A stretch of 64,000 bases of DNA. Origin: an uncultured Chloroflexia bacterium. Lineage in GTDB: Bacteria > Chloroflexota > Limnocylindria > Limnocylindrales > CSP1-4. How positions within the stretch are numbered: the first letter of the stretch is position 1; the number at the start of each line of letters is the position of its first letter. Below the pieces are notes generated by a model. The model had not been told where the DNA came from. It did no database searches and saw nothing but the letters and a program-made list of their open reading frames with translations. The stretch spans positions 32,001 through 96,000 of the forward strand of contig CAVQJC010000001.1 of assembly GCA_963712745.1 (NCBI GenBank). Reading direction: 5' to 3'. Positions 55,955 through 64,000 of this stretch are shown here, piece by piece. The translations under genes were made by a program, and so were the position numbers.

Positions 55955-57023
55955 ACCGGACTTCCGCTCCCAGGCTGCACAGCGACTCGCGAGCGAACGC
56001 ACCGAGTACACCCCTGCCCTCATCGACCTGCTCAAGCTGGACGAGCCGGGCACGCTCAAGGACGTGCGTCGCATGCCCGTCGACCGGGTCTACTCCAACC
56101 CCGAACAGCCTCGCCAGCACTTCGACGAGGATGCCCTGCAGGACCTGGCCGCCTCGATCCGCGAGCACGGTGTGCTGCAGCCGGTGCTGGTCCGGCCTCG
56201 CGCCGACGGCCACTACCAGATCGTGGCCGGCGAGCGCCGCTGGCGCGCATCGAAGATCGCCGGCCTGACCGAGATCCCCGTCATCGTCGAGCAGATCGAC
56301 GACGAGGCGGCACTCGAGATCGCCATCATCGAGAACCTCCAGCGCGAGGACATCTCCCCGCTCGAGGAGGCGGAGATGTTCGATCGCATGACCCGGCAGC
56401 ACGGCTACAGCCTGCGCAAGCTGGCCACCAAGCTGGGTAAGGACAAGGGCTATCTCGAGAACCGGCTGCGTCTGAACGGGGCACCGCCGGAGATCCGGGA
56501 GCTGGTCTCGGTGCGGCAGGACACGCTCTCGCATGCGTACGAGCTGATGAAGGTCGAAGATCCCCGCAAGCGCCGTCGCCTGGCCAAGCAGGTCGCCGCT
56601 GGCGAACTCAGCCTGGTCAAGCTGCGCGAGCGCATCGAGGGCAAGCCCAAGCGGGATCCCGAACCCGAGCCCCCGGCGGCCGAGGAGATCGAGGTCGAGG
56701 CGGTCCCCGAGCCGGAGCTGGTGGCAGTGCCGGTCCTGCCCGACGGGCCCGCGGTCGATGGGGTCACCATCGACGCGGCCAGCGAGCACCTCTCGTTGGC
56801 GGTGGCCGAACTCGTCAACGCCCTCGTCACCGACGAGGCCCTGGGCGAGGCGTCGTCGAGCGAGCGTCAGCAGTTCGCCAAGTACCTGACGCTGGCCAAG
56901 ATCAAGCTGGAGAACGCCATCGCCGTCGTGAGAGCCGGTGATTCGCACGGGCAAGGCAACCTGGCCAGCCAGCTGGCTGCGAGGGAGCGCGCGGCATACC
57001 CGGGCGAGGATCCGCGCGGCTAG
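55947..57023 (+). CDS. parB: ParB/Spo0J family CTPase with a divergent HTH
   Basis: Motifs NPEQPR, GVLQPVLVR, AGERRWRA and ENLQREDI; HTH SLRKLATKLGKDKGYLENRLRL. Confidence 0.88.
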   Translation: MARPDFRSQAAQRLASERTEYTPALIDLLKLDEPGTLKDVRRMPVDRVYSNPEQPRQHFDEDALQDLAASIREHGVLQPVLVRPRADGHYQIVAGERRWRASKIAGLTEIPVIVEQIDDEAALEIAIIENLQREDISPLEEAEMFDRMTRQHGYSLRKLATKLGKDKGYLENRLRLNGAPPEIRELVSVRQDTLSHAYELMKVEDPRKRRRLAKQVAAGELSLVKLRERIEGKPKRDPEPEPPAAEEIEVEAVPEPELVAVPVLPDGPAVDGVTIDAASEHLSLAVAELVNALVTDEALGEASSSERQQFAKYLTLAKIKLENAIAVVRAGDSHGQGNLASQLAARERAAYPGEDPRG

Positions 57024-57061
57024 CGGGACCCGGCCCGCTCACGCGCCGACCGCGCGGCACC

Positions 57062-57529
57062 ATGCACATCCCGACCGAGCTGCTGTACCTGTTGGCCGCG
57101 GCTGCGGTCGGCCTGGTGCTGTACCGCTACTTCACCGGCCGAGGCGGCATCGAGATCCTGCGCCCTGACTACCGCGGGCTCCCCGACGAGGGACAGGTCG
57201 AGGTGCACCACCACATGGTGCGCTGGAAGACGGCCGAGGCAGAGTCCTTCGTGGCCGCGTGGCAGCTGGAGGATGGCCATTTCGTGGTCATGCGCGTCGT
57301 CTTCGATGGGCGGGACGAGGAAGAGCCCGACCTGGGCCACATCGACATCAGCATCGACAGGCGGACGGTGACGGAAGAAGCCGGCTGGACCGAACGGATC
57401 CGCGACCGAACCCTGCGCTCGGACGTGGAGGCGATCCTCAAGGCGCTGCAGCGCGAGGCCCGGGTGGGTCGGTCGGACGCCAAGCGTGTCGCCGTGGCCA
57501 AGCCCGTGGGGGACGACCGCGAGCCGTAG
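57062..57529 (+). CDS. Membrane-anchored hypothetical protein
   Basis: N-terminal TM segment followed by a soluble domain; coding-like codon usage. Confidence 0.7.
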   Translation: MHIPTELLYLLAAAAVGLVLYRYFTGRGGIEILRPDYRGLPDEGQVEVHHHMVRWKTAEAESFVAAWQLEDGHFVVMRVVFDGRDEEEPDLGHIDISIDRRTVTEEAGWTERIRDRTLRSDVEAILKALQREARVGRSDAKRVAVAKPVGDDREP

Positions 57530-57589
57530 CGGCGGAGCGGCGGAGCGGCAGGCGGCCTGGACGCGCGACTCCCTCCGGTCATCTGCGAC

Positions 57590-57987
57590 GCCGCGACTGC
57601 GGCTGCAGGTCCAGTCGGCGAGGGCTTTCGCAAGCTGCGGCTCGAAGCGCTGCAGGCGCCCGCTGTCCTCGTGCGCCTCGACGCCCTCGACGAAGGCGCG
57701 CGACGCGCGTAGCTGAGGAGCGTGTAGCCATCACTGAGACCGAGCTGTCCGCGGAGCGCCGCCCGCCCATCTGCAGACAGTCGCCGGTAGTGCCTGACGA
57801 AGGCCAACATCGACTCGTCGTATGGCAGTGGCCCGATGCACAGAAGCCCCGACTGCCCGCCCCACGCGTCGTAACCGCCTGGAGGCAGCGGGGACGGTGC
57901 CTCGCCACGTCGCGCACGAAGACGTTCGTCAGCCTCGACGGCAGCGGCCATCTCCTGGCCGATCACGAACTCGCACTCGCCGCTCAT
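57590..57987 (-). pseudogene. Hypothetical gene with a frame break, possibly an internal deletion
   Basis: Plausible protein up to YTLLSYARRA, then plausible text continues in another frame (RAFVEGVEAHEDSGRLQRFEPQLAKAL). Confidence 0.45.
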
Positions 57988-58041
57988 GGCACGACCATAG
58001 CGCAGCGCCCCCGCCGGTCGATATCGGCGCGGTGACGATCC

Positions 58042-58407
58042 CTAGATGTAGACGACCGTCTCGAAGCCGTCGACGAGGAAGTCGATCTCCTGTGCGCGCG
58101 CCTTCTTCGACTGGGCTCGCAGGCCGAAGACGAGGAAGTGGAGCGAGATGGCCGGCACCATCAACTGCCCGTCCGCCGTGCGCCCGATGGTGGCAGGGGC
58201 GCCGCCTCCGGCTGTGAAGACGCGCTCGATGCCGCTGTCGTCGAGCCCCGTGGCCTGGCGGAAGTCGGCGAGCACGGGGAGCACGCCACGCCGGATGGAC
58301 ATGTCGCGCATGCATTCGATCATCCAGGCGTCGATCTGCTCATCGGGCTGTTCCTTCAGCCGTTTGCGGTAGACCTTTGGATCCTCTGACAGGCCCTCTG
58401 ACGACAA
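58042..58407 (-). CDS. Hypothetical protein
   Basis: GAGGAGGAG RBS before TTG; 121 aa, globular-looking. Confidence 0.75.
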   Translation of the reverse strand: MSSEGLSEDPKVYRKRLKEQPDEQIDAWMIECMRDMSIRRGVLPVLADFRQATGLDDSGIERVFTAGGGAPATIGRTADGQLMVPAISLHFLVFGLRAQSKKARAQEIDFLVDGFETVVYI

Positions 58408-58499
58408 CTGGACTCCTCCTCGTTGGATGGCTCGCGCAGGAATGGTAGCGCGGCCATGGCCGTCATGGCTTCGTGACCAGCCCCGACTACCATGACGGC

Positions 58500-59165
58500 A
58501 TGTTCCTCTTCCGACGTCCATCCGCCATGCCCGCGCCCCAGGATGCCCTGGCCGGCCGAGCCGAGCCCATCGCCATCACCGAGCCGCACCACGTCAACGG
58601 CGCCGCGCTGACCCCGCCGTGGCCCGACGGTGCGCGCACCGCCATCTTCGGCCTCGGCTGCTTCTGGGGAGCCGAGAAGGCCTTCTGGGAGACCGAGGGC
58701 GTCATCTCGACCGCGGTCGGGTATGCCGGCGGCTACACGCCCAATCCCACCTACGAAGAGACATGCACCGGTCAGACCGGTCACGCGGAGGTCGTGCTCG
58801 TCGTCTTCGACCCTGAGCGCGTCTCCTACGAGCAGCTGCTGAAGCTGTTCTGGGAGCACCACGACCCCACGCAGGGCATGCGCCAAGGCAACGACCAGGG
58901 CACCCAGTACCGCTCGATCATCATGGTCGCGAACGACGAGGAGCGGGCCACGGCCGAGGCCTCACGGGATGCCTACCAGGCGCAGCTGAGGGCGGCCGGC
59001 TTCGGGCAGATCACGACCGAGATCGACGATGCCGGTGACTTCTACTACGCCGAGCCCTACCACCAGCAGTACCTGTCGAAGAACCCCAACGGCTACTGCC
59101 CCGACCACGGCACCGGCGTGGCCTGCCCCGTCGGCGTGGGTGTGAACGCCGTGGCGGCAGGCTAG
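58500..59165 (+). CDS. msrA: Peptide methionine sulfoxide reductase A
   Basis: Motifs [23 protein letters not shown] and AEPYHQQYL. Confidence 0.97.
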   Translation: MFLFRRPSAMPAPQDALAGRAEPIAITEPHHVNGAALTPPWPDGARTAIFGLGCFWGAEKAFWETEGVISTAVGYAGGYTPNPTYEETCTGQTGHAEVVLVVFDPERVSYEQLLKLFWEHHDPTQGMRQGNDQGTQYRSIIMVANDEERATAEASRDAYQAQLRAAGFGQITTEIDDAGDFYYAEPYHQQYLSKNPNGYCPDHGTGVACPVGVGVNAVAAG

Positions 59166-59200
59166 CTGCGGATGTAGACCGCGACCGGGTTCGCACCGTG

Positions 59201-59548
59201 TCACTGTGGCTTGTCCGGGGGCTCCCCCATCTCTGAGAGGTCGTCCGTGGCTCGGCTTGTCCGGGCGATCTCGAGATGGTTGAGCTCCCGTGTCGCTCGG
59301 GCTTGTCCGGGGGATCCGCCCATCTCTTCGATGATGGGTCGAGTCCGCTCGATGAAGAAGTCGGCGATGGCCTCCGGGTTGTCCCAGACGTTCATCACGG
59401 TCAAAAAGCTCACGCCATGAGGGTGATCGTTTCGACGCACATGTCGGTCATCGTTCAGCACTGTCAACTGGATCGGGCAACGCAGAACGCGCCACCCCAG
59501 CGCGAAGACGACGACACCGGCGGTGATGGCCGTGACTGGACTGAGCAT
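59201..59548 (-). pseudogene. Degenerate or chimeric small ORF
   Basis: GGAGG RBS and a TM-like start, followed by a VMNVWDNPEAIADFF segment and an internally duplicated EMG(E/D)PPDKP-coding sequence. Confidence 0.35.
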
Positions 59549-59695
59549 GGGCTGGGTCCTCCCTCTGACGGTGGGGGGACGATGACCGCCGAGCGGACCA
59601 ACTCGTACCGGTCCGCTACACGCCAAGAGAGTCGGGCGAGCCGGAACCCATCCATGCTCCGTCGATCCGGGCGACGCACGACCCCGGCAGGACGG

Positions 59696-59974
59696 TCAGG
59701 GACGCGGTCGGTCCTTCCCGGCCAGTGGCTCCGGAACCTCGATCACCAGGTCGCTGTCCTGGCCCGCGTGGCCGCGCTCGGGCATGTGTTCGGCGGCAAG
59801 GATCTCGGCGGGCGGCTCGTTGCGCAGCGCCTGTTCGAATCCCAACATCGCCGCCCCCACGGCCGTCCCGAAGCTGCCTTTCGTGGAGAGCGGGCCGGCA
59901 GCGTCTTCCTCTGCCGCGGCATCCTCGACCGCGTCGTCGGTCGAGGCAGGCGTCGATCGTTCGGATCCATCCAT
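59696..59974 (-). CDS. Small acidic hypothetical protein (92 aa)
   Basis: TATCAT upstream; central GTAVGAAMLGFEQALR segment. Confidence 0.6.
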   Translation of the reverse strand: MDGSERSTPASTDDAVEDAAAEEDAAGPLSTKGSFGTAVGAAMLGFEQALRNEPPAEILAAEHMPERGHAGQDSDLVIEVPEPLAGKDRPRP

Positions 59975-60061
59975 GGCCTGGTCGATGATAGTCGGGGCGC
60001 GCCCTTGTGGGCCCTGCGTCGGTGGCCTACAGTCCTGCGCGAGCAAGAGGAGGACGGGCCG

Positions 60062-60217
60062 ATGACAAAGACGTGGAAGCTGCGCAAGGGACAGGTGACG
60101 GTCGTCGAAGACGCGCGCACGGCCTCGCTGGTGATCAGCGCCAGGGACCTGAAGGACCGGCAAGAGAAGGTAGCCGCCGTCGAGGAGGTCCTTCACCGGC
60201 TCCAAGCGTCGGCATAG
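60062..60217 (+). CDS. 51-aa hypothetical protein
   Basis: TACAGT -10, GAGGAGG RBS, and MTKTWKLRKGQVTVVED. Confidence 0.65.
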   Translation: MTKTWKLRKGQVTVVEDARTASLVISARDLKDRQEKVAAVEEVLHRLQASA

Positions 60218-60260
60218 CGACCGCCGAGCCTCCAGTCGGGCTGCCACCACCGGAGACCAG

Positions 60261-60374
60261 ATGCAGCGGGATCTCGTCGAACGGGCGATGGCGGGTGATC
60301 GAGACGCGTTCACAGAGCTACAACGCGGCACGATCGACAAGCTCTACGCCATCGCGCGGCTCATCGCGCCGTAG
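60261..60374 (+). pseudogene. N-terminal remnant of an ECF sigma factor
   Basis: MQRDLVERAMAGDRDAFTELQRGTIDKLYAIARLIAP-stop resembles ECF N-termini just before region 2; GGAG RBS. Confidence 0.65.
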
Positions 60375-60474
60375 CGGGCGAAGACGGAACCGAGCCAGGG
60401 TCTCCGACGTCCATTCGAGGTAGGGTGGCCGTTTCGCGCTGCCCGGCACGGATTCGCCGTATGAGGTCTAGGAC

Positions 60475-61839
60475 ATGCCCGCTACGATCCGGCCACTGGC
60501 GATCGCCGCGTTGGCGCTGCTGCTCGCCTCCCCCACCCTCGGTAGCGAGGACCATCCCGACGCGACAAAGCCCATCGCGCTCGCGGGCTCGACCCTGACC
60601 TGGTGCGGCGACCTAGAGCAGATCAAAGCCGATGCGGGCGAGTACCGGGACTCGCCGGTCCATGTCGGCAATCCGCCCAGCGACAAGATCGCCCGCTGGG
60701 CCAGGAAGAAGCCTGGGTTCGCCGACCTCTGGATCGACCGCGACAACCTCGGCTGGATCACGGTCGCATTCGCGCAAGATGCCGACCAGCGGCGCGCCGA
60801 GCTGGCGAGGAAGTTCCCCGGCATCGGCGCCGTGGTGGTCGAGGTCCAGTACTCGGCCAGGCAACTGCGCAAGCTCCAGCGGCGGGTAGGGAATTGCGTC
60901 TCGCCGGTCCTCGAATCCTGGTGGACCGGCATCGACCCCACGACCAACCACGTGAGTCTCGGCGTGGACCTGCTCACCCCCGAGGTCGTGGAGCTGCTGG
61001 AGAAGCAGTTCGCCGGCCAGCCACTGTGCGTCGACGGCCGGGACCCCTCCGACCTCATCCCCGACGGACCTCAGCCCACGAGCGGCGACGGCTGGACGCT
61101 AGTCGACTTCCGCCAGGGCCCGCCCGACACCGTGTACCGCACCGGGGTCGCTACCGACGCCGAACAGCTGGGCGAGCTGTGGCAGGAAGCCGGGATGGTG
61201 GGCGAGGCACCCGCCGTCGATTTCGGCGGCACCGTGGTCGTCTGGTTCTCCGAGCCGCACGGTGGGAACTGTCACGATCTGCGCCTCGACGACGTCCTGG
61301 TCGACCTCGAGGAGTCACTCGTCCACCCACTCATCGTGATGCCCGATGACCCCATGATGTGTAACGACGACATCGCGGGTGCCTACCAGTTCCTCGTCGC
61401 TCTCGAGCGGGAGCGACTGCCGGCGGGGCCCTTCCGCATCCAACTTCGACCCGACCGCTCATACGGGGATGCCACCGTGGTCGAGGTCGACCTGACCGCT
61501 CCCGGTTCGACCGCGCCGGACAGCGCCATCCACCCGGCGGAACAGGAGCCCGAGCCACAACGCTCCGGCGCCATCATGGAGCCGGGCTACAGGCAGTGGT
61601 ACGAGTTCGACGTGAGATGCGGGATCGGCTACCTGGGCAACATCAACGACGTCCACTGGGTGACCGAGCAGACGGAGCTTCCCAGCGAGTGGGCCGAGGC
61701 CGTCGACGAGGACGGCGAGCTCGTGGTGAAGGTGCTGCTGGTCGAGGGGCCGGACCCACACGCCATCGCCAAGACCGGCGGTCGTCCGGTGCGCTACGAG
61801 CCGCAGCGGGAGCCACCGCCGTCGGCCTGCGCCGCCTGA
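60475..61839 (+). CDS. Secreted multidomain hypothetical protein
   Basis: Signal peptide, several Cys pairs, and an APAVDF...VVWF...C segment reminiscent of PrcB C-terminal domains. Confidence 0.75.
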   Translation: MPATIRPLAIAALALLLASPTLGSEDHPDATKPIALAGSTLTWCGDLEQIKADAGEYRDSPVHVGNPPSDKIARWARKKPGFADLWIDRDNLGWITVAFAQDADQRRAELARKFPGIGAVVVEVQYSARQLRKLQRRVGNCVSPVLESWWTGIDPTTNHVSLGVDLLTPEVVELLEKQFAGQPLCVDGRDPSDLIPDGPQPTSGDGWTLVDFRQGPPDTVYRTGVATDAEQLGELWQEAGMVGEAPAVDFGGTVVVWFSEPHGGNCHDLRLDDVLVDLEESLVHPLIVMPDDPMMCNDDIAGAYQFLVALERERLPAGPFRIQLRPDRSYGDATVVEVDLTAPGSTAPDSAIHPAEQEPEPQRSGAIMEPGYRQWYEFDVRCGIGYLGNINDVHWVTEQTELPSEWAEAVDEDGELVVKVLLVEGPDPHAIAKTGGRPVRYEPQREPPPSACAA

Positions 61840-61995
61840 CCGCGGGCGGTACCGATGGACGGTCGGCGGTCCGAGTCGGCTGGCGGCAGGCGTCCTATCG
61901 CGGCATTGACAGAGGGTCACAAGCAAGGGATAACCGGAACGTCGAGTCGTGCTCGACACCGTCCAACCTGCCACACCGTGCAAGAGGGGTTCCAG

Positions 61996-62112
61996 ATGGA
62001 CCTGGCTTCGCTCGCCGCGCTAGTCGTGGCCGTGCTGATCGTGGTCAGCGGCTATTTCCTGTTCAATGACGTACCGCGCCCGAGGGGCAACCACTCACCC
62101 CGGCGACGCTGA
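61996..62112 (+). CDS. 38-aa single-pass membrane peptide
   Basis: GAGGGG RBS; MDLASLAALVVAVLIVVSGYFLF followed by a basic tail. Confidence 0.55.
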   Translation: MDLASLAALVVAVLIVVSGYFLFNDVPRPRGNHSPRRR

Positions 62113-62193
62113 GCTCCCTACGGCGGCGGAGAGCTCTCCACGGCGACGCTGAGGGCGCCCTCCGCGGGGCTGGGCAGGCGCTAGCCTGAAGGC

Positions 62194-63043
62194 ATGACCG
62201 AACGCCCGGACCCAACCGCTCGTCTCGGCGGACGACCTGCTGGCGGCTATCGAGGACCCCGGCCTGCGCATCGCCGACGTGCGCTGGTTCCTTGGCGAGC
62301 CCGGCCGCGGGCAGGCCGAGTACCTGCGGGGACATATCCCCGGCGCAGTCTACGTGGACCTCGACAGGGACCTCGCGGCACCTCCGGGTGGCGGTCGTCA
62401 TCCCCTGCCCGACCCGGGTGCGTTCGCCGACCGCATGGGCCAGCTCGGCTTCGGAGACGAGCACACGATCGTCATCTACGACGCTGCCAACGGCCAGTAC
62501 GGGGCGCGGATGTGGCTGATGCTGGACCGGCTCGGCCATCCGAACACGCACATGCTCGATGGGGGCATCAGCGCCTGGAAGGCCGCCGGTGGCCCCTGGA
62601 CCGCCGAGAGGTCCACGCCCATGCGCGCGTCGCTGACCCTGGCCTCAGAGTGGCCCGGCACCATCGACCGCCAGCGGATCGTCGCGCTCAAAGGCCAGAT
62701 CGACCTCGTGGATGTGCGCACGGCCGAACGCTACTCAGGCGAGAACGAACCCATCGAACGAGTCGGCGGGCACATCCCGGGAGCTCGCAACCGCCCCTGC
62801 GCCTCGATGATGACCGAGACCGGGAGACTGAAGCCGGCCGATGAGCTACTGCCGCTCATCCGGGGCCAAGGTGAACGAACCAGGCTGCCGTTGGTCATAT
62901 CCTGCGGCAGCGGCGTGACCGCGTGCTTCGGGGCCCTGGCCGCGCGCGTGGCCGGCCTGCCCGACCCCCTCATCTACCCTGGCTCGTTCAGCGACTGGGT
63001 CGGCGCCGGCTTGCCGGTCGCAGAGGGTACCGCGCCGGACTGA
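62194..63043 (+). CDS. Two-domain rhodanese/3-mercaptopyruvate sulfurtransferase, with a +1 frameshift near 62214
   Basis: Motifs PLVSADDL, DVRWFL, GHIPGA twice, GRHPLP, active site CGSGVTAC and YPGSFSDW. Confidence 0.88.
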
Positions 63044-63113
63044 CGTGTCGAGAGGTAGCCGGTGACAGCCGATGGTCGGCGTGCGGTCGAACCAGGTTGG
63101 TGAGCCCCGTGGT

Positions 63114-64000
63114 CTACGGGCTCGGAACCGCAGAGGCCACGACGGGCGTCTGGATGGCCGTGCCCATGGTGCGCGCAGATCGCGGTCCGCGCTCTGAGCG
63201 CGACAGGTCCAGTGCTGCGGCCACAGCGCCGATGACCGTCGCCTCACCGCCGAGGGTGGAGACGACGACGCTTGGTGGTGCGGCAGATGGCCTCCAACGA
63301 GCGCCTCGATGCGTGGAGCCCACGTCTCGAGCGCTGACCGACCGACCCGTCGAGGACCACGACTTGCGGGTCGGTGATCGAGGACATGGCGATGACTGCC
63401 ATGGCCACATGCTCGATCATGTCGTCAACCAGGCTTGTCGCGAGCCCATCACCCGCGGCTGCTGCCTCGAAGACATCTCGTGAAGTAGGCGGGTGATCCA
63501 GATCGGCGGAGTCGCGAGCGGTGCTGCCCTGCGGCGAGCGCTTGGCGAGCGACCTCCGCAAGGCCGACCCCGGAGGCCAGCATCTCGAAGGACCCCAGTC
63601 CATCGGGCCGAGTTGTGCCGAGTTGGGAACGATCGAGGACCATATAGCCGACTTCGCCCGCCCCGCTGTTGCGTCCTTTCAGGAGCTGGCCATCGGCCAC
63701 GATCGATGCGCCGATGCCGGTGCCAAGTGAGAGGACCACGAAGTCTGAGAGTCCACGCGCCTCGCCTCTCCACGCGTGGCCCAGCGCCGCGAGATTGACG
63801 TCGTTGTCGATCACGAATGGGAGGTCGACTCGTTCCCTGAGCGCCGCCACGAGGCGGAATCCATCCCACTGGACGTTGGGCCCTCCGATGGCGATACCGC
63901 TCCGGGGGTCGACGATGGCGGGCACGCCGACGGCAACCGAGAGAACAGGCGCGCCGCGGCTTCGATAGTGGCGGCGCAGCCGCCCGATCGACTCGACGAG
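63114..64000 (-). CDS. ROK family protein (5' end outside the window; about three frameshifts)
   Basis: Motifs DNDVNLAALG, GTGIGASI, GAGEVGY, DPQVVVLDGSVG and STLGGEATVIGA, spread over several frames. Confidence 0.8.

Overview
High-GC bacterial chromosome window; gene content and protein style suggest Chloroflexota (Limnocylindria-like), which is inference only. Mostly housekeeping: a glycine cleavage operon (gcvT-H-PA-PB), acnA, adenosine deaminase, tRNA-Val(CAC), a dcw cluster (mraZ-rsmH-orf-ftsL-ftsI-murF-mraY-murD-ftsW-murG-murB-ddl-ftsQ-ftsA-ftsZ-yggS-yggT-DUF167, lacking murE and murC), rnpB, RNase HI, an Sdh1-like succinate dehydrogenase, sucCD, a propionyl-CoA/methylmalonyl-CoA cluster, a parA-parB pair, msrA, a sulfurtransferase and a ROK protein. 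Secreted hypothetical proteins and gene remnants are interspersed. Best leads: (1) an 18-bp palindrome (consensus TGGTGCGTCGACGCACCA) occurs twice upstream of parAB and once upstream of ftsA, and the ParB has a non-canonical recognition helix; (2) two adjacent secreted proteins share two Cys-containing domains in swapped order; (3) a 67-aa ORF is coupled at both ends between rsmH and ftsL; (4) a Cys4 protein is divergent from mraZ; (5) two repeat arrays sit between ftsA and ftsZ; (6) many genes look leaderless. Several genes carry single-base frameshifts that look like sequencing errors, and the apparent MraY-MurD fusion is one such artefact.
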